A stretch of DNA of 64,000 nt from Cyanophyceae cyanobacterium (GTDB lineage: Bacteria; Cyanobacteriota; Cyanobacteriia; Cyanobacteriales; Laspinemataceae), in NCBI GenBank assembly GCA_038321985.1, contig JBBQFN010000013.1, positions 64,001-128,000 of the forward strand, given 5' to 3'. Position 1 is the first letter of the stretch, and every line of letters starts with the position of its first letter. A model generated the notes under the pieces. It ran no database searches. It was not told the origin of the DNA and was given only the letters and a program-made list of their open reading frames with translations. Positions 1 to 11,531 of the stretch are shown one piece after another. Both the position numbers and the translations under genes were made by a program.

Positions 1-2191
1 TGTCCGGGTTGCCGAGGGAAATGTCGAGAATGAAAAAGTGACCCTGCTGCCCTCTATTCCCCTGGAAAACTCGTCGAATCTGCCCTTGGGATTAATTCAT
101 TATGTCGATCGCACCCAGAAACCGGTACTCCTAAATAACGCCGTTGGGGAAGGACTCTTTACCACCGACCCCTACATCGTTAGCCATCAAGTTAAATCAG
201 TTTTATGTACACCAATTGTGCATCAAGGCAAGCGAGTCGGGTTACTGTATCTGGAAAATAACCGTGCAGAGGGCGCATTTACAACAGATCGTCTGGAAGT
301 CCTGCGAATGCTATCGGGACAGGCAGCAATCTCCCTAGAACTGGCGCGTGCCGTCAAACAAGTACAGGATACCGTCGCCTATCTGAGCGCGATTATCACT
401 AATATTGCGGACGGACTGCTCGTCACCGATGCTCAGGGTCAAATTGCACGGGTGAATCCGGCACTGCTTGCTATGTTTGATCGCCCAGAAAGTGAGGCCG
501 TGGGGAAACATTGTTCAGAGCTGTTTAAGCCCGATCTCGCCCAAGCTATTACCCGGAGTATAAATTCTCCGAACGAAGTGCTAACAGCAGAGGTAGAACT
601 AGCCTTTGATCGCGTGGGTAAAGCCGTCGCCACCTCGATTTTGCCTCATGACCCCTCAGAAGGCGATTCAACTGACTGTATTGGCACGGTTATCTTGATT
701 CGAGATATCACCACGGAGAAAGAAGTTGATCGCATGAAGACTGATTTTATCTCTACGGTTTCTCACGAACTGCGGACACCCCTCACTTCTGTTGTCGGCT
801 TTGCCAAACTGATCCAGAAAAAATTACAGGACAAGATTTTACCCAGCTTCCAGGAATCCGATCGCAAAACCCAAAAGGCAGTCGCTCAGGTAGCGGATAA
901 CATTAATATTATTATCTCCGAAGGCGAACGGCTGACCAATTTGATCAATGACGTCCTGGATATTGCCAAAATGGAAGCTGGAAAAGTCGATTGGCAGATG
1001 CAGCCGTTGGAGGTAGAGGAACTCATCGAGCGGGCATTTGCGGCTACATCCAGCCTGTTTGAAAATAGTGGATTGGAGCGAATCCGGGAGATTGAACCCG
1101 GATTGCCCGAGGTGATAGGCGATCGCGATCGCCTGCTACAAGTGCTGATCAATTTAATCTCCAATGCGGTCAAATTTACGCGCACCGGCTCCGTCACCAT
1201 CCGTGCGCGAGTACAGAATGATGAAATGGTGATTGATATCATCGATACCGGGATTGGCATTCCCCCGGAATATCAAGAAACCGTGTTTGAGAAATTTAAG
1301 CAAGTCGGGGATACCCTTACGGACAAACCAAAAGGCACGGGATTGGGACTACCCATTTGTAAGCAGATCGTCGAACATCACCAGGGTCGAATTTGGGTGG
1401 AAAGTGAGGGAGAAGGGCGCACAACTTTCTCCTTTACACTTCCCCTTACCCTAGAGAGTGGGTTCCATCTCCCAGAAAAACTCAACCTCCAGACCCTCGT
1501 CCAGCAGTTGAAACAGAACATCGTGCAGCATCCGGAGAACCTTCACAGCGATCGCCCGAAAACCATCCTCGTCGTTGATGATGAGGCTCACATTCGCTCC
1601 CTACTGCGCCAGGAATTAGAAGCATCCGGCTATGAAGTCCGGGAAGCGAAAGATGGCATGGAGGCGATCGCCCAGGTGAAAGCGGCTCAACCCGACTTGA
1701 TCCTCCTGGATATCATGATGCCGCAAATTAGCGGATTTGACGTGGCGGCTGTCCTCAAAAATGATCCCAATACGATGCATATCCCGATCGCCATCCTCTC
1801 GATCATTGAAGATAAACAACGAGGCTATCGTCTAGGGGTTGATCGCTATTTAACTAAGCCTATTGATCGAGAAGATTTGCTCAACCAGATCGGGTTTCTC
1901 CTTTCTCAGAAAACCTCCAAAAAGAAAGTTTTGGTGGTAGATGAAGATATTAGTGCCGTCAAACTCTTAGCAGATGTTTTAGAAGCGAAAGGATATGTTG
2001 TCACCGAAGCATCAACCGGCCCGGAATGTATCGAAAAAGCACGCTCGGTCAAACCGGATATGATTATAGTAGATTCTCTATTTTCAGAGCGGCACAATAT
2101 CGCTAAAACTTTGCGATTTGAAAAGGGATTAGAAAATGTCTTCTTCCTGTTGCTTTCTGAAAATCAGGAGGCTGATTCAGGGACCAACTGA
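1..2191 (+). CDS. Hybrid sensor histidine kinase (GAF-PAS-HisKA-HATPase-REC-REC), 5' end outside the window
   Basis: Frame is open from the window edge. GAF motif LLYLENN, PAS segment, H-box SHELRTPL, N box NLISNAVKF, G boxes DTGIG and GTGLGL, receiver ILVVDDE...LLDIMMP...TKP, then a second degenerate receiver. Confidence 0.93.
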   Translation, partial: VRVAEGNVENEKVTLLPSIPLENSSNLPLGLIHYVDRTQKPVLLNNAVGEGLFTTDPYIVSHQVKSVLCTPIVHQGKRVGLLYLENNRAEGAFTTDRLEVLRMLSGQAAISLELARAVKQVQDTVAYLSAIITNIADGLLVTDAQGQIARVNPALLAMFDRPESEAVGKHCSELFKPDLAQAITRSINSPNEVLTAEVELAFDRVGKAVATSILPHDPSEGDSTDCIGTVILIRDITTEKEVDRMKTDFISTVSHELRTPLTSVVGFAKLIQKKLQDKILPSFQESDRKTQKAVAQVADNINIIISEGERLTNLINDVLDIAKMEAGKVDWQMQPLEVEELIERAFAATSSLFENSGLERIREIEPGLPEVIGDRDRLLQVLINLISNAVKFTRTGSVTIRARVQNDEMVIDIIDTGIGIPPEYQETVFEKFKQVGDTLTDKPKGTGLGLPICKQIVEHHQGRIWVESEGEGRTTFSFTLPLTLESGFHLPEKLNLQTLVQQLKQNIVQHPENLHSDRPKTILVVDDEAHIRSLLRQELEASGYEVREAKDGMEAIAQVKAAQPDLILLDIMMPQISGFDVAAVLKNDPNTMHIPIAILSIIEDKQRGYRLGVDRYLTKPIDREDLLNQIGFLLSQKTSKKKVLVVDEDISAVKLLADVLEAKGYVVTEASTGPECIEKARSVKPDMIIVDSLFSERHNIAKTLRFEKGLENVFFLLLSENQEADSGTN

Positions 2192-2224
2192 AGGGGGTAG
2201 CTCACGGGTGGGGGTTCAAATAAG

Positions 2225-2805
2225 CAGTAGAAAGCGGTAAATATAAGGTCCGGGAACAAAAGACCTTCTGGAGGGAGTTGCCCAGTCCCAGCGCTTAAAC
2301 CGGAGCTAATCTGACTGGAAGTGCTCCGGGCCGCTCATCACCAGATTTGACGTCATAGCAGTTCTTAAACACCACTCCCGAACAGTGAATATCCCCCTTA
2401 CCATCCTTTCCATTATTGAGGACAAACCAGGCGGGGGTCAGGGGTAAATTGAGCGCGACTGATACCCCAGTCATCAATACAGAAAAACGATTGAAACATC
2501 TCAGAACTTTACTTGCCAAAGGGGTCTCGACAAAGAACAAGACCGTCGGGGATGAAGATGCCGGGGCCATTCAAACCTGAGTCGATGTCTTAGAGACAAA
2601 GGGAGATAGCCTAGTGGCGGCAGTAAAAGGTCAAAAGTACAGTAAAAAAGTAAGAGCGATCAGACCTGATATAATTATTTTGAATTCTGTGCTGTCCGAG
2701 CATCACGAAATCGTCAAAATCTTACGATGGGAAAAAGGGCTGGAAAATGCCTTGTTTCTATTGTGGTATGACGAAAGTTCGGATTTTTTCGGGTACCGCA
2801 ACTGA
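2225..2805 (+). pseudogene. Decayed paralogous copy of the REC-REC tail of the upstream kinase
   Basis: Manual translation gives RFDVIAVLKHHSRTVNIPLTILSIIEDK (kinase: GFDVAAVLKNDPNTMHIPIAILSIIEDK), GDEDAGAIQT*VDVLETKG (VDEDISAVKLLADVLEAKG) and LRWEKGLENALFLL (LRFEKGLENVFFLL). In-frame TGA at 2578-2580 plus frameshifts. Confidence 0.85.
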
Positions 2806-2902
2806 ACAGAACACCGGTGAAGACGTGCTAACTCAGAGTGGAAAAAGAAATTTTTTAACTTTTGAATTAAGCTGTCTTCAGTTTACCTATATAGGAGGTT
2901 AT

Positions 2903-3283
2903 ATGGCGAAAAAAATTTTAATTGTGGATGATGAACCCCATATCCGCATTCTCATGGAGCAAACCCTGGAAGAACTCGAAGATGAGGGAGTAGAATTGCT
3001 AACGGCAGTTAATGGAGAAGAGGCGCTCAATACTATTAAATCTGAAAGACCCGAATTAGTATTTTTGGATGTTATGATGCCCAAAATGAGCGGATTTGAA
3101 GTTTGTCACGCGGTCAAAAATGAACTAGGAATTAAAGATGTTTATATTATCATGCTCACGGCCAAAGGTCAAGAGTTTGATAAACAAAAAGGCAGTGAAT
3201 CTGGGGCTGATTTGTACATGACGAAGCCATTTGATCCCGATGAAGTGCTGGAAAAATCAATGGAGATTTTAGGGATAGATTAA
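2903..3283 (+). CDS. Single-domain response regulator (CheY-like receiver)
   Basis: KKILIVDDE...FLDVMMP...MLTA...TKPF. GGAGG RBS at 2894-2898 supports the ATG at 2903 over the longer ORF start. Confidence 0.92.
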   Translation: MAKKILIVDDEPHIRILMEQTLEELEDEGVELLTAVNGEEALNTIKSERPELVFLDVMMPKMSGFEVCHAVKNELGIKDVYIIMLTAKGQEFDKQKGSESGADLYMTKPFDPDEVLEKSMEILGID

Positions 3284-3292
3284 ATTCTGCCC

Positions 3293-3322
3293 TGTGGGGG
3301 CGATTTACGCATCGCCCTTACA
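3293..3322. repeat. REP-like palindrome (GTAG-type) after the response regulator
   Basis: TGTGGGGGCGAT-TTACGC-ATCGCCCTTACA. Related degenerate palindromes near 23076-23111, 26498-26530, 33387-33417 and 57747-57778. Confidence 0.6.
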
Positions 3323-3476
3323 TTTGGAGGGTAAAATGGAAAAAAACCCACCTATTTAAGGGGGAAACCCCCAGAATACGCTTTGTAGCTCAGGGAGAGA
3401 GTAATCCCACAAGATATTCAACAAATTTTAAAGCCAGATTAAGTATTAATCAGGGAATTGGGCAGGATATTTAACG

Positions 3477-4130
3477 ATGACTCAACGGTTGCCTCAAACT
3501 TACATTTATTTACATGGATTTGCATCTAGTCCCGACTCATTCAAGGCCAATTATCTGCGCGATCGCTTTGCTGAACTGGCAATCCCTCTGATAATTCCTA
3601 ATCTCAATCAGGAGAATTTTTCTAACTTAACTCTAACGCGCCAACTGGAACAAGTTAGGGCTGAATTACCACCTGAACCGGCTACGGTTAATCTAATTGG
3701 TTCCAGTTTTGGCGGACTGACTGCTGCCTGGTTAGCTGAACGCTATCCCCAGATTGAGCGCCTGGTTTTATTAGCCCCCGCTTTTGAATTTCTGACTCAT
3801 TGGACGGCAAATTTAGGACCGCAACGGATCCAACAGTGGCAGGAACAAGGGAATTTGCCAGTTTATCATTATGGGGAAAAGCGAGAAATTTCCCTGAATT
3901 ATCAATTTATAACGGACGCGCAATGCTACTTTGAAAATCAGCTACAGCGACAGCTACCCACCTTGATTTTACATGGGATAAGGGATGAAGTAATTCCGGT
4001 CGAAGCGAGTCGCCGGTTTGCCGAGTCTCGTCTTTGGGTGAAGGCGATAGAATTTGATAGCGATCATGGGTTGGGGAATGTTATGCCAGAGATTTGGAAA
4101 GCTATCCAGATTTTTTGTAGGATTTCATAG
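3477..4130 (+). CDS. YqiA/YcfP-family alpha/beta esterase
   Basis: YLHGFASSP oxyanion motif, GSSFGG nucleophile elbow, HGIRDEVI and SDH catalytic Asp/His. Confidence 0.88.
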   Translation: MTQRLPQTYIYLHGFASSPDSFKANYLRDRFAELAIPLIIPNLNQENFSNLTLTRQLEQVRAELPPEPATVNLIGSSFGGLTAAWLAERYPQIERLVLLAPAFEFLTHWTANLGPQRIQQWQEQGNLPVYHYGEKREISLNYQFITDAQCYFENQLQRQLPTLILHGIRDEVIPVEASRRFAESRLWVKAIEFDSDHGLGNVMPEIWKAIQIFCRIS

Positions 4131-4161
4131 GGAAGCGACTCAATTAGTTACTCAGAACAAT

Positions 4162-4214
4162 TAAACAGAAGGAAATGCAGGATCAAGTCTCTATGCTACA
4201 TTTCCTTCTGTTTA
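4162..4214. terminator. Inverted repeat between convergent genes, likely bidirectional terminator
   Basis: TAAACAGAAGGAAATG (4162-4177) and CATTTCCTTCTGTTTA (4199-4214), a perfect 16-bp stem with a 21-nt loop. Confidence 0.65.
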
Positions 4215-4225
4215 TAAAAAGATGT

Positions 4226-5119
4226 TTATAAAAAGTCGCCGATCGCTGCAAAAACATCATCGGCATATTCTTCGTGCATTCCCAGGGAACCGGCTACCCG
4301 CGCCGATTCCACCCCAGGCAATTGTGAGACTGCCTCCATCACTGACTTGGAACCGGAGGGGGCGAGATCGGCGATAATCACCTTCACCGGAACGGGTAAG
4401 GGTTGGAACTGCGCTAATATTTGAGGGCGATCGCCTGCCGGGTCCAAAGTTCCCGTCACAAAGGCCACCGGGGCAAATCTTCCCCCCGGATGCTGGGTAC
4501 TGTCGCGCTTTTGAGCAATAAATTCCGTCGTCAACTTGGCCGGGTCCACAAAAACGTGCTGTTTATACATAAATTCCAGAAATGCCGGATGAGTATTCAA
4601 CTCATAGAGAAACTCCCCAATGCCCGGAGTTCTCACCGTTTCTCTCACCAAATCTCGCAAGGGTTCCGGTACCCCCATAATCCGCAGGGGTCCCAGCCAA
4701 GTCGGTGCAACTAACACCACCTTAGAAACCCTTTCGGGCTGAGTTTTTGCCAGTTTCATCGCATATCCGGCCCCATGTCCAGCAGCAACTATGACGATGG
4801 GTCTGCCAAAAACAGAGGTGACAAAATCTGCCAGAAACTGATGGTAGAAGTCTGGACCATATTGTACCCCCGGGCGATCGGAGTCTCCAAATCCAGGCCA
4901 ATCGACTGCCACCACTTCAAACCGATCGCACAAGAGCTCCGCCATCCCCAGCATTTCACCGCGACTGGAGACGGTACTGAAGGCGGGTAACAATAGCAGA
5001 GGCGTCCCCCGTCCTCGGGTTTCATAGGCAACGGCGATCGCCTGGTTTTCGTAGTTCCAGAGACACTCTTGTACTGTTCCGCCAATCTTTGTTTCTTTGA
5101 ATTCCGTTACGTTTGTCAT
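4226..5119 (-). CDS. Alpha/beta hydrolase fold protein
   Basis: LLLLPAFSTVSSR, DWPGFGDS, VLVAPTW, C-terminal GSLGMHEE. The nucleophile site reads AAGHGAG with no Ser. Confidence 0.82.
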   Translation of the reverse strand: MTNVTEFKETKIGGTVQECLWNYENQAIAVAYETRGRGTPLLLLPAFSTVSSRGEMLGMAELLCDRFEVVAVDWPGFGDSDRPGVQYGPDFYHQFLADFVTSVFGRPIVIVAAGHGAGYAMKLAKTQPERVSKVVLVAPTWLGPLRIMGVPEPLRDLVRETVRTPGIGEFLYELNTHPAFLEFMYKQHVFVDPAKLTTEFIAQKRDSTQHPGGRFAPVAFVTGTLDPAGDRPQILAQFQPLPVPVKVIIADLAPSGSKSVMEAVSQLPGVESARVAGSLGMHEEYADDVFAAIGDFL

Positions 5120-5368
5120 AGGTTGTTTGTTATTGATTATTTGTCCTTTGTTGTGAATTATTATATCTCAATTATAAAAAAGAGTGCGTTATTTTTTAAT
5201 AAAACGCACCCTCAATTTGCGGAGGAAATGATGATTAAAATTTAACTCATTTCTCTGACTTACTCTACGGGCAACTTTAGGGCTTCAGCCACCTGTTCGG
5301 GAGTCAACCCCATCCCTAACAAACGGGACACGACCTCTCGCTGCGATCGCTATATTTTTTATCGGAAA

Positions 5369-6403
5369 TTACACCAAGCAATCTGCTAACTGTGCTTTAA
5401 GTTGGGCTGAATCTAAATTGCGTCCAATTAAAACCAGTTGATTTTGGGGGGGTTCTAGCCAATCTTCTTGGTTCAAATCGTAGCGAGGACCGCTCAGTTG
5501 AAAAACATGACGCGCTTCACTTTCTGCAAACCATAAAATCCCTTTAGCTCGAAATACAGCCGTTGAGACTTTTTCCGTTAGAAAGGTTTCAAATTTCTTG
5601 ACGGCAAAGGGGCGATCGCTTTGAAAGGAGACGGAGATAAACCCATCATTTTCTAAATGTTCAGAATGATGGTGATGATGAGCATGATCATGATGCTCAT
5701 GATGGTGATGATGAGCCGGATCAGGGTTCTGTTCCTGTGAGTCATACTTTTTATACGCTGCCACATCCGTCAATGCCACATCCAAAATCAAGGGCAAGGG
5801 GACTTCTCCATATTGCGATCTCAGCATTCTCGCCCCGACTTTCACTGTGCGAATGTAAGATTCTAATTCCTCAACTTTTTCAGGGGGAGTTAAATCAGTT
5901 TTGTTCAAGAGGACGATATCCGCAAAAGCCACTTGTTTTAAAGCCGCTTCACTGTCGAAATGGTCTGGAGTAAAGGTGGAAGTATCGACCAAGGTTAATA
6001 CCGAATCCAGTCGAGTCAGGTCTCGTAATTCAGTCCCGACAAAGGTAAGGATAATTGGCAAAGGGTCGGCAATACCTGTGGTTTCTATCACTAAATAATC
6101 AATTTTATCTTGCCGTTCTAGGATGCGGTAGACGGCATCGACTAAGCCATCATTAATCGTACAGCAGATACAGCCATTACTCAGTTCCACCATATCCTGA
6201 TCCAGGGAAACCAAAAGCTGGGAATCAATATTAATATCCCCAAACTCATTAACGAGAACCGCCACTTTTAAATCCTGCTTATTTTTGAGGATTTGATTGA
6301 GCAGGGTGGTTTTACCACTGCCTAAAAAGCCGGTAATAATCGTCACGGGCATTCCCCGTTTGGGCAAATCTAACTCAGGGATTGGGTTGAATGTTGTATT
6401 CAT
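5369..6403 (-). CDS. COG0523/CobW-family G3E GTPase, zinc metallochaperone-like
   Basis: GFLGSGKTT, NEFG, GCICC, ETTG, NKTD, His-rich linker HHHHHEHHDHAHHHHH, CobW_C motif FRAKG. Confidence 0.95.
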   Translation of the reverse strand: MNTTFNPIPELDLPKRGMPVTIITGFLGSGKTTLLNQILKNKQDLKVAVLVNEFGDINIDSQLLVSLDQDMVELSNGCICCTINDGLVDAVYRILERQDKIDYLVIETTGIADPLPIILTFVGTELRDLTRLDSVLTLVDTSTFTPDHFDSEAALKQVAFADIVLLNKTDLTPPEKVEELESYIRTVKVGARMLRSQYGEVPLPLILDVALTDVAAYKKYDSQEQNPDPAHHHHHEHHDHAHHHHHSEHLENDGFISVSFQSDRPFAVKKFETFLTEKVSTAVFRAKGILWFAESEARHVFQLSGPRYDLNQEDWLEPPQNQLVLIGRNLDSAQLKAQLADCLV

Positions 6404-6463
6404 GGATTAAATGAAAATAAAGGTTGACAGGAGAAACAAGTCAGGAATAATCTAAAAAAGCCG

Positions 6464-6901
6464 TTATTTTTCAGGCCGGGCATAAACCAGGGCTTGATTT
6501 TTCATGGTTTGAAAAATGTTGTAAAATCCGTTAGCACGAGATGGGGTAAGATTGACATTCAATCCGGTGTCTTGAATAAAGTCGGGAGATAATTTGATAA
6601 TGGTTTCTGGAGAAAGCCCGCTTAACCCTTCAACTAATAATCCTAGTAATCCTTTGACAATCTGAGCTTCAGAATCTCCCTTGAAAAATAATTTACCCTC
6701 CTCTAAAGTGGCTGTAACATAGACTTGAGAAACGCAGCCCGGAACTTTGTTTTCGGGGACTTTATCTGCTTCCTCCAAGGGGGGAAGTTTTTTAGCATAC
6801 CAGAGTAGTTGTTCATAACGTTTTTTTACGTCAGAATGCCGCTGAAACCGTTGCACAATTCGACCGAGGTTTTCAGGTATTTCTCGTGGGTCGTTGGTCA
6901 T
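6464..6901 (-). CDS. sufE: SufE-family Fe-S sulfur acceptor
   Basis: NKVPGCVSQV, GDSEAQIVKGL, LTPSRANG motifs. Confidence 0.92.
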   Translation of the reverse strand: MTNDPREIPENLGRIVQRFQRHSDVKKRYEQLLWYAKKLPPLEEADKVPENKVPGCVSQVYVTATLEEGKLFFKGDSEAQIVKGLLGLLVEGLSGLSPETIIKLSPDFIQDTGLNVNLTPSRANGFYNIFQTMKNQALVYARPEK

Positions 6902-6951
6902 TGGTTATTGCTTGTTTATTGTTGAGATTTAGGGGTTTGAAATGGGGGTAA

Positions 6952-8055
6952 CTAGGTACTAAATCCTCGACCCGCAGTGGATTTGCACCATATAATTAAC
7001 TCGCCGCTTACACCAGCAGCGGCGAGCGCCTCTCCTTGAGGATGCCATGCGACATTAGAAAATCCAGCCGGTGCACCTTCTAGAAGTTGCCACACTTGTT
7101 CGGCATCACGCCAGATATACAGTTGACCATCTTCGGCAGCGGAGGCAAGGTGAAAGGTTCCCGGTTGAAAACCGATCGCCTGGACAACAGCGGAATGTCC
7201 TTCTAATTCCCAGCCATCCCACCCCGCATTCGGTCCAAACTGCTTTTCCCAGACGGCAATGGATTCGGCATGGGAAACCGCTAATAATGGCGTTCCTAAC
7301 CCTGTCGCCGAATCGGACCATGCCAGTTGTCGCACTTTCCCATAAAACCCGCGCATCACCCAGGGATGGGGGTTTTTGATTTCCACCACCACTAGGGTAC
7401 TATCCATATTTCCGGCGGCCAGATACTGGCCTTCCGGGGACCAGGCGATCGCCACGGATACTGAGGGAATCTCTAAAGAATACGGGTCTTCTTGCCAATC
7501 TCTGACATCCCAAATTTTTACCCCTTGGTTTCCAGCAACTGCCAAATATTCACCCAAGGGATGCCATGCGATCGCTAACACACTGGACTGGTCAAAACCC
7601 AGGCTTGCCACGGTTTCTTTTGTCTCTAAATTCCAGACAAAAACTTGTTTTCCTCCGTTATAAGCCAAGAGATTTTGGACCGGACTCCAGGCTAGTTTAT
7701 CAATCCAAGCCCGTTCTGCATTTAAGGTCGTAATCAACTCCCTTGAATCGCCCGAAACCTGCCAAATTTTTACCGTTCCTTCCTCACCGCCTGCGGCTAA
7801 AAACTGACTGTCAAATGAAAAAGACAGCATATCAATAGAATGTCCGGACTCCCCTTGTAAATAGTGGAGCTTTTCCCTAGATTCGTCTTGCCAAAGAACC
7901 ACCTCCCCGACTGCCGAAGCCGCCGCCAGGGTAGTTCCATCCGGGGACCAAATGAGGGATATGGCATAATCACTGAGCATTCCCTGCCACTGTTTTTGCC
8001 ACGGTAGGACGGCTTTACCGAGTCTTTTTTTGCCGGACCCTCCTAAACTAAACAC
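6952..8055 (-). CDS. WD40-repeat beta-propeller protein, overlapping the end of the COG0523 gene
   Basis: Repeated W(S/H)PxG..LA...G....W units; 13-nt overlap with the upstream gene. Confidence 0.9.
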   Translation of the reverse strand: MFSLGGSGKKRLGKAVLPWQKQWQGMLSDYAISLIWSPDGTTLAAASAVGEVVLWQDESREKLHYLQGESGHSIDMLSFSFDSQFLAAGGEEGTVKIWQVSGDSRELITTLNAERAWIDKLAWSPVQNLLAYNGGKQVFVWNLETKETVASLGFDQSSVLAIAWHPLGEYLAVAGNQGVKIWDVRDWQEDPYSLEIPSVSVAIAWSPEGQYLAAGNMDSTLVVVEIKNPHPWVMRGFYGKVRQLAWSDSATGLGTPLLAVSHAESIAVWEKQFGPNAGWDGWELEGHSAVVQAIGFQPGTFHLASAAEDGQLYIWRDAEQVWQLLEGAPAGFSNVAWHPQGEALAAAGVSGELIIWCKSTAGRGFST

Positions 8056-9014
8056 TGTTTAAACCCCGCTTTTAATGCCGATTCATTGAGATTGCGCCCA
8101 ATAAATACCAGCTCATTTTTCGGTGTTTCTGTGGATTTCCATGGGCGATCGCGATTGCTATCAAATAACATATGAACCCCCTGAAACACAAACCGATTGC
8201 TTTCTCCAGCAATGTTGAGAATTCCCTTCATTCTAAAGATATCGGTTCCCTGGGTTCGCAACAGTTCCCCCAGCCATTCATGAACCTTTTCTCCATCCAC
8301 GGCACCGGGTTCGACTAGGGCGATCGAAGTCACGGTTTCATCATGTTCGTGAGCATCTTCGGTTAAGAAATTCGGGTCAATATCTAGGGCGCGATTTAAG
8401 TCAAATGCTCTCACCCCCAGCAGTGCATCCATTTCCACATCTGCATCCTGAGTGCGGTGAATCTTGGCGATCGCATTCATCCCCCGAATCCGCCTTTCTA
8501 GCTCATCTAACTCCGCCTCACTCACTAAGTCTATCTTATTCAACAAAATTACATCCGCAAAGGCAATTTGCTCTTGAGCCTCACTGGCCTCCCAATGCTG
8601 TAAAATATGTTTGGCATCCACCACTGTTACCACCGCATCCAGCATCAACTTTGACTGGATATCCTCATCCACAAAGAACGTCTGAATCACCGGCGCTGGA
8701 TCCGCTAGTCCCGTGGTTTCGATCGCAATATGATCAAATTTATTGCGTCGCTTCATCAAATTGCCAATAATACGAATCAAGTCTCCCCGCACTGTACAAC
8801 AGATACAGCCGTTATTCATCTCAAAGATTTCTTCATCGGCGTCAATCACCAACTGATTATCAATTCCGACCTCTCCGAACTCGTTGACAATCACAGCAAC
8901 TTTTTTGCCATGTTCTTCCGTCAAAATCCGGTTAAGTAGGGTCGTTTTACCACTACCCAAGTACCCCGTCAGCACAGTTACTGGGACCCTAGTCTGTTCC
9001 GTTCCTGGCACCAT
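8043..9014 (-). CDS. Second COG0523/CobW-family G3E GTPase
   Basis: [44 protein letters not shown] at 9014 has a GAGGAAA RBS. Confidence 0.95.
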   Translation of the reverse strand: MVPGTEQTRVPVTVLTGYLGSGKTTLLNRILTEEHGKKVAVIVNEFGEVGIDNQLVIDADEEIFEMNNGCICCTVRGDLIRIIGNLMKRRNKFDHIAIETTGLADPAPVIQTFFVDEDIQSKLMLDAVVTVVDAKHILQHWEASEAQEQIAFADVILLNKIDLVSEAELDELERRIRGMNAIAKIHRTQDADVEMDALLGVRAFDLNRALDIDPNFLTEDAHEHDETVTSIALVEPGAVDGEKVHEWLGELLRTQGTDIFRMKGILNIAGESNRFVFQGVHMLFDSNRDRPWKSTETPKNELVFIGRNLNESALKAGFKQCLV

Positions 9015-9038
9015 AGCAGATTTCCTCAACGAATACAA

Positions 9039-9053
9039 TAATAATCATTCTCA
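9039..9053. promoter_or_regulatory. Zur-like box upstream of the cobW-WD40-sufE-cobW run
   Basis: TAATAATCATTCTCA, a 7-1-7 palindrome close to the cyanobacterial Zur consensus TGATAATNATTATCA; identical to the site at 11498. Confidence 0.75.
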
Positions 9054-9177
9054 TTCTCATTCTAGGGTGAACGGAGAGAAATGACAAGGTGGGATTAGAA
9101 CCCGAACCCCACCCCTGATATTCCTGCCTTATTCATCTGGTTTGAGGGGGTGGGGTTTAGCAACCCGGGTAAACGGT

Positions 9178-10257
<1,080 letters not shown>

Positions 10258-10373
10258 TTATATTTTGACTTTAAAGGCTTGAACTCTGTAAGTCCAATAT
10301 TAAAATTTATACCCCTAGAGTTCCCCTTGAAAAAGCATTCATAAAAACCTCCTAAAAAAGGGAAATTTTTATA

Positions 10374-11408
10374 CTATTGAAGTCCAGATTCTGTCCCGGC
10401 GAATGGAGTACATTGACCGCCCAATCCCGTGACAATAATGCAGGTATTAGAGACCAACATTTGCACATAAGTGCCTGTTTCGCTCCCCCTCGGACCCAGG
10501 CCATCGGCCATCAAAGAACGGGGCGCAATCTGAATATTTGCTTCCCGGGCTAAATTATTCATTACTCGGTCATTGGATGTAACTTCGACAAAGACTGTCG
10601 GCACTCCCTCAGCCCGAATTAACTCCACTAATTCCCGAAATCGAGCCGCATTAGGTTGTTCGCTGGTACTCAGTCCCATCAGGGATTCAGCTACTTGAAA
10701 ATTGTAAGCCTGAGCATAGTAGCCTAGGGCATCATGGGTGGTAACTAAGACTCTTTGGTTGGGGGGAATAGTGGCAACCTGTGCCTTAATCCAGGTGTCT
10801 AATTGTTCTAATTGGCTACGAAGATTATTAATATTTTGGCGGTAAGTATTGGCCCCTGGCGGGTCAATTTGTTCGAGAGAATTGGCGATCGCCTCAGCCA
10901 TGCGAATTCCATTACGGACATCATGCCAAACATGGGGATCGGGAACTTCCTCTTCATCCTGATGAGATCCCCCCTGGCTAGGACTCTCACCATGACCCTG
11001 ATGATCTTCCCCTAAGATTGGATTAGGAACGGCAATTTCATGAACGGCTATTTTCGGTGCAGAATTGCGAGTATTTTGAATGAGTTGGGCGATCGCCGGT
11101 TCAAAGGCATATCCCCCATATAAAATAAGTTGGGCAGTTTCGATCGCCCTCAAGTCTTGGGGTCGAGGTTGATAAGTGTGAGGGTCTTGACCCCCTTCGA
11201 TTAAGCAAGTGAGAGCAATGCGATCGCGAGCAATCCGTTCAGCCAAATCGCACAAAACACTATAGCTTGCCACCACCTTGGGCTTTGCTTGGGCGCGGGT
11301 GAGAGGGTTAACCGTAGTGGCGATCGCCCATCCGGCTACTCCGAGAACGGCAGTGGTTAAGGTTGCACCCCAGAGGCGCTGAATTTTTCGGTTGAGACGA
11401 TTGAGCAT
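10374..11408 (-). CDS. Metal ABC transporter substrate-binding protein (ZnuA/MntC cluster A-I)
   Basis: DPHTY, DPHVW, LVTTHDALGY, short His/acidic loop, N-terminal membrane or signal segment. Confidence 0.92.
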   Translation of the reverse strand: MLNRLNRKIQRLWGATLTTAVLGVAGWAIATTVNPLTRAQAKPKVVASYSVLCDLAERIARDRIALTCLIEGGQDPHTYQPRPQDLRAIETAQLILYGGYAFEPAIAQLIQNTRNSAPKIAVHEIAVPNPILGEDHQGHGESPSQGGSHQDEEEVPDPHVWHDVRNGIRMAEAIANSLEQIDPPGANTYRQNINNLRSQLEQLDTWIKAQVATIPPNQRVLVTTHDALGYYAQAYNFQVAESLMGLSTSEQPNAARFRELVELIRAEGVPTVFVEVTSNDRVMNNLAREANIQIAPRSLMADGLGPRGSETGTYVQMLVSNTCIIVTGLGGQCTPFAGTESGLQ

Positions 11409-11497
11409 AATACTGGATTGGGTTGACGACAAACTGATGAGGGACCAAGGATTTAGAGCTAGGGACCCCCGGGGATTTCCTTCCTAGTGTACTATAA

Positions 11498-11512
11498 TAA
11501 TAATCATTCTCA
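11498..11512. promoter_or_regulatory. Zur-like box between the divergent transporter genes
   Basis: TAATAATCATTCTCA, identical to 9039-9053. Confidence 0.78.
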
Positions 11513-11531
11513 TTTTAATTTTGGCAAGTCG

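Noticed and set aside
5152..5172. Fourth Zur box upstream of the alpha/beta hydrolase
   Set aside because: AT-rich but does not fit the 7-1-7 spacing of the other three sites.
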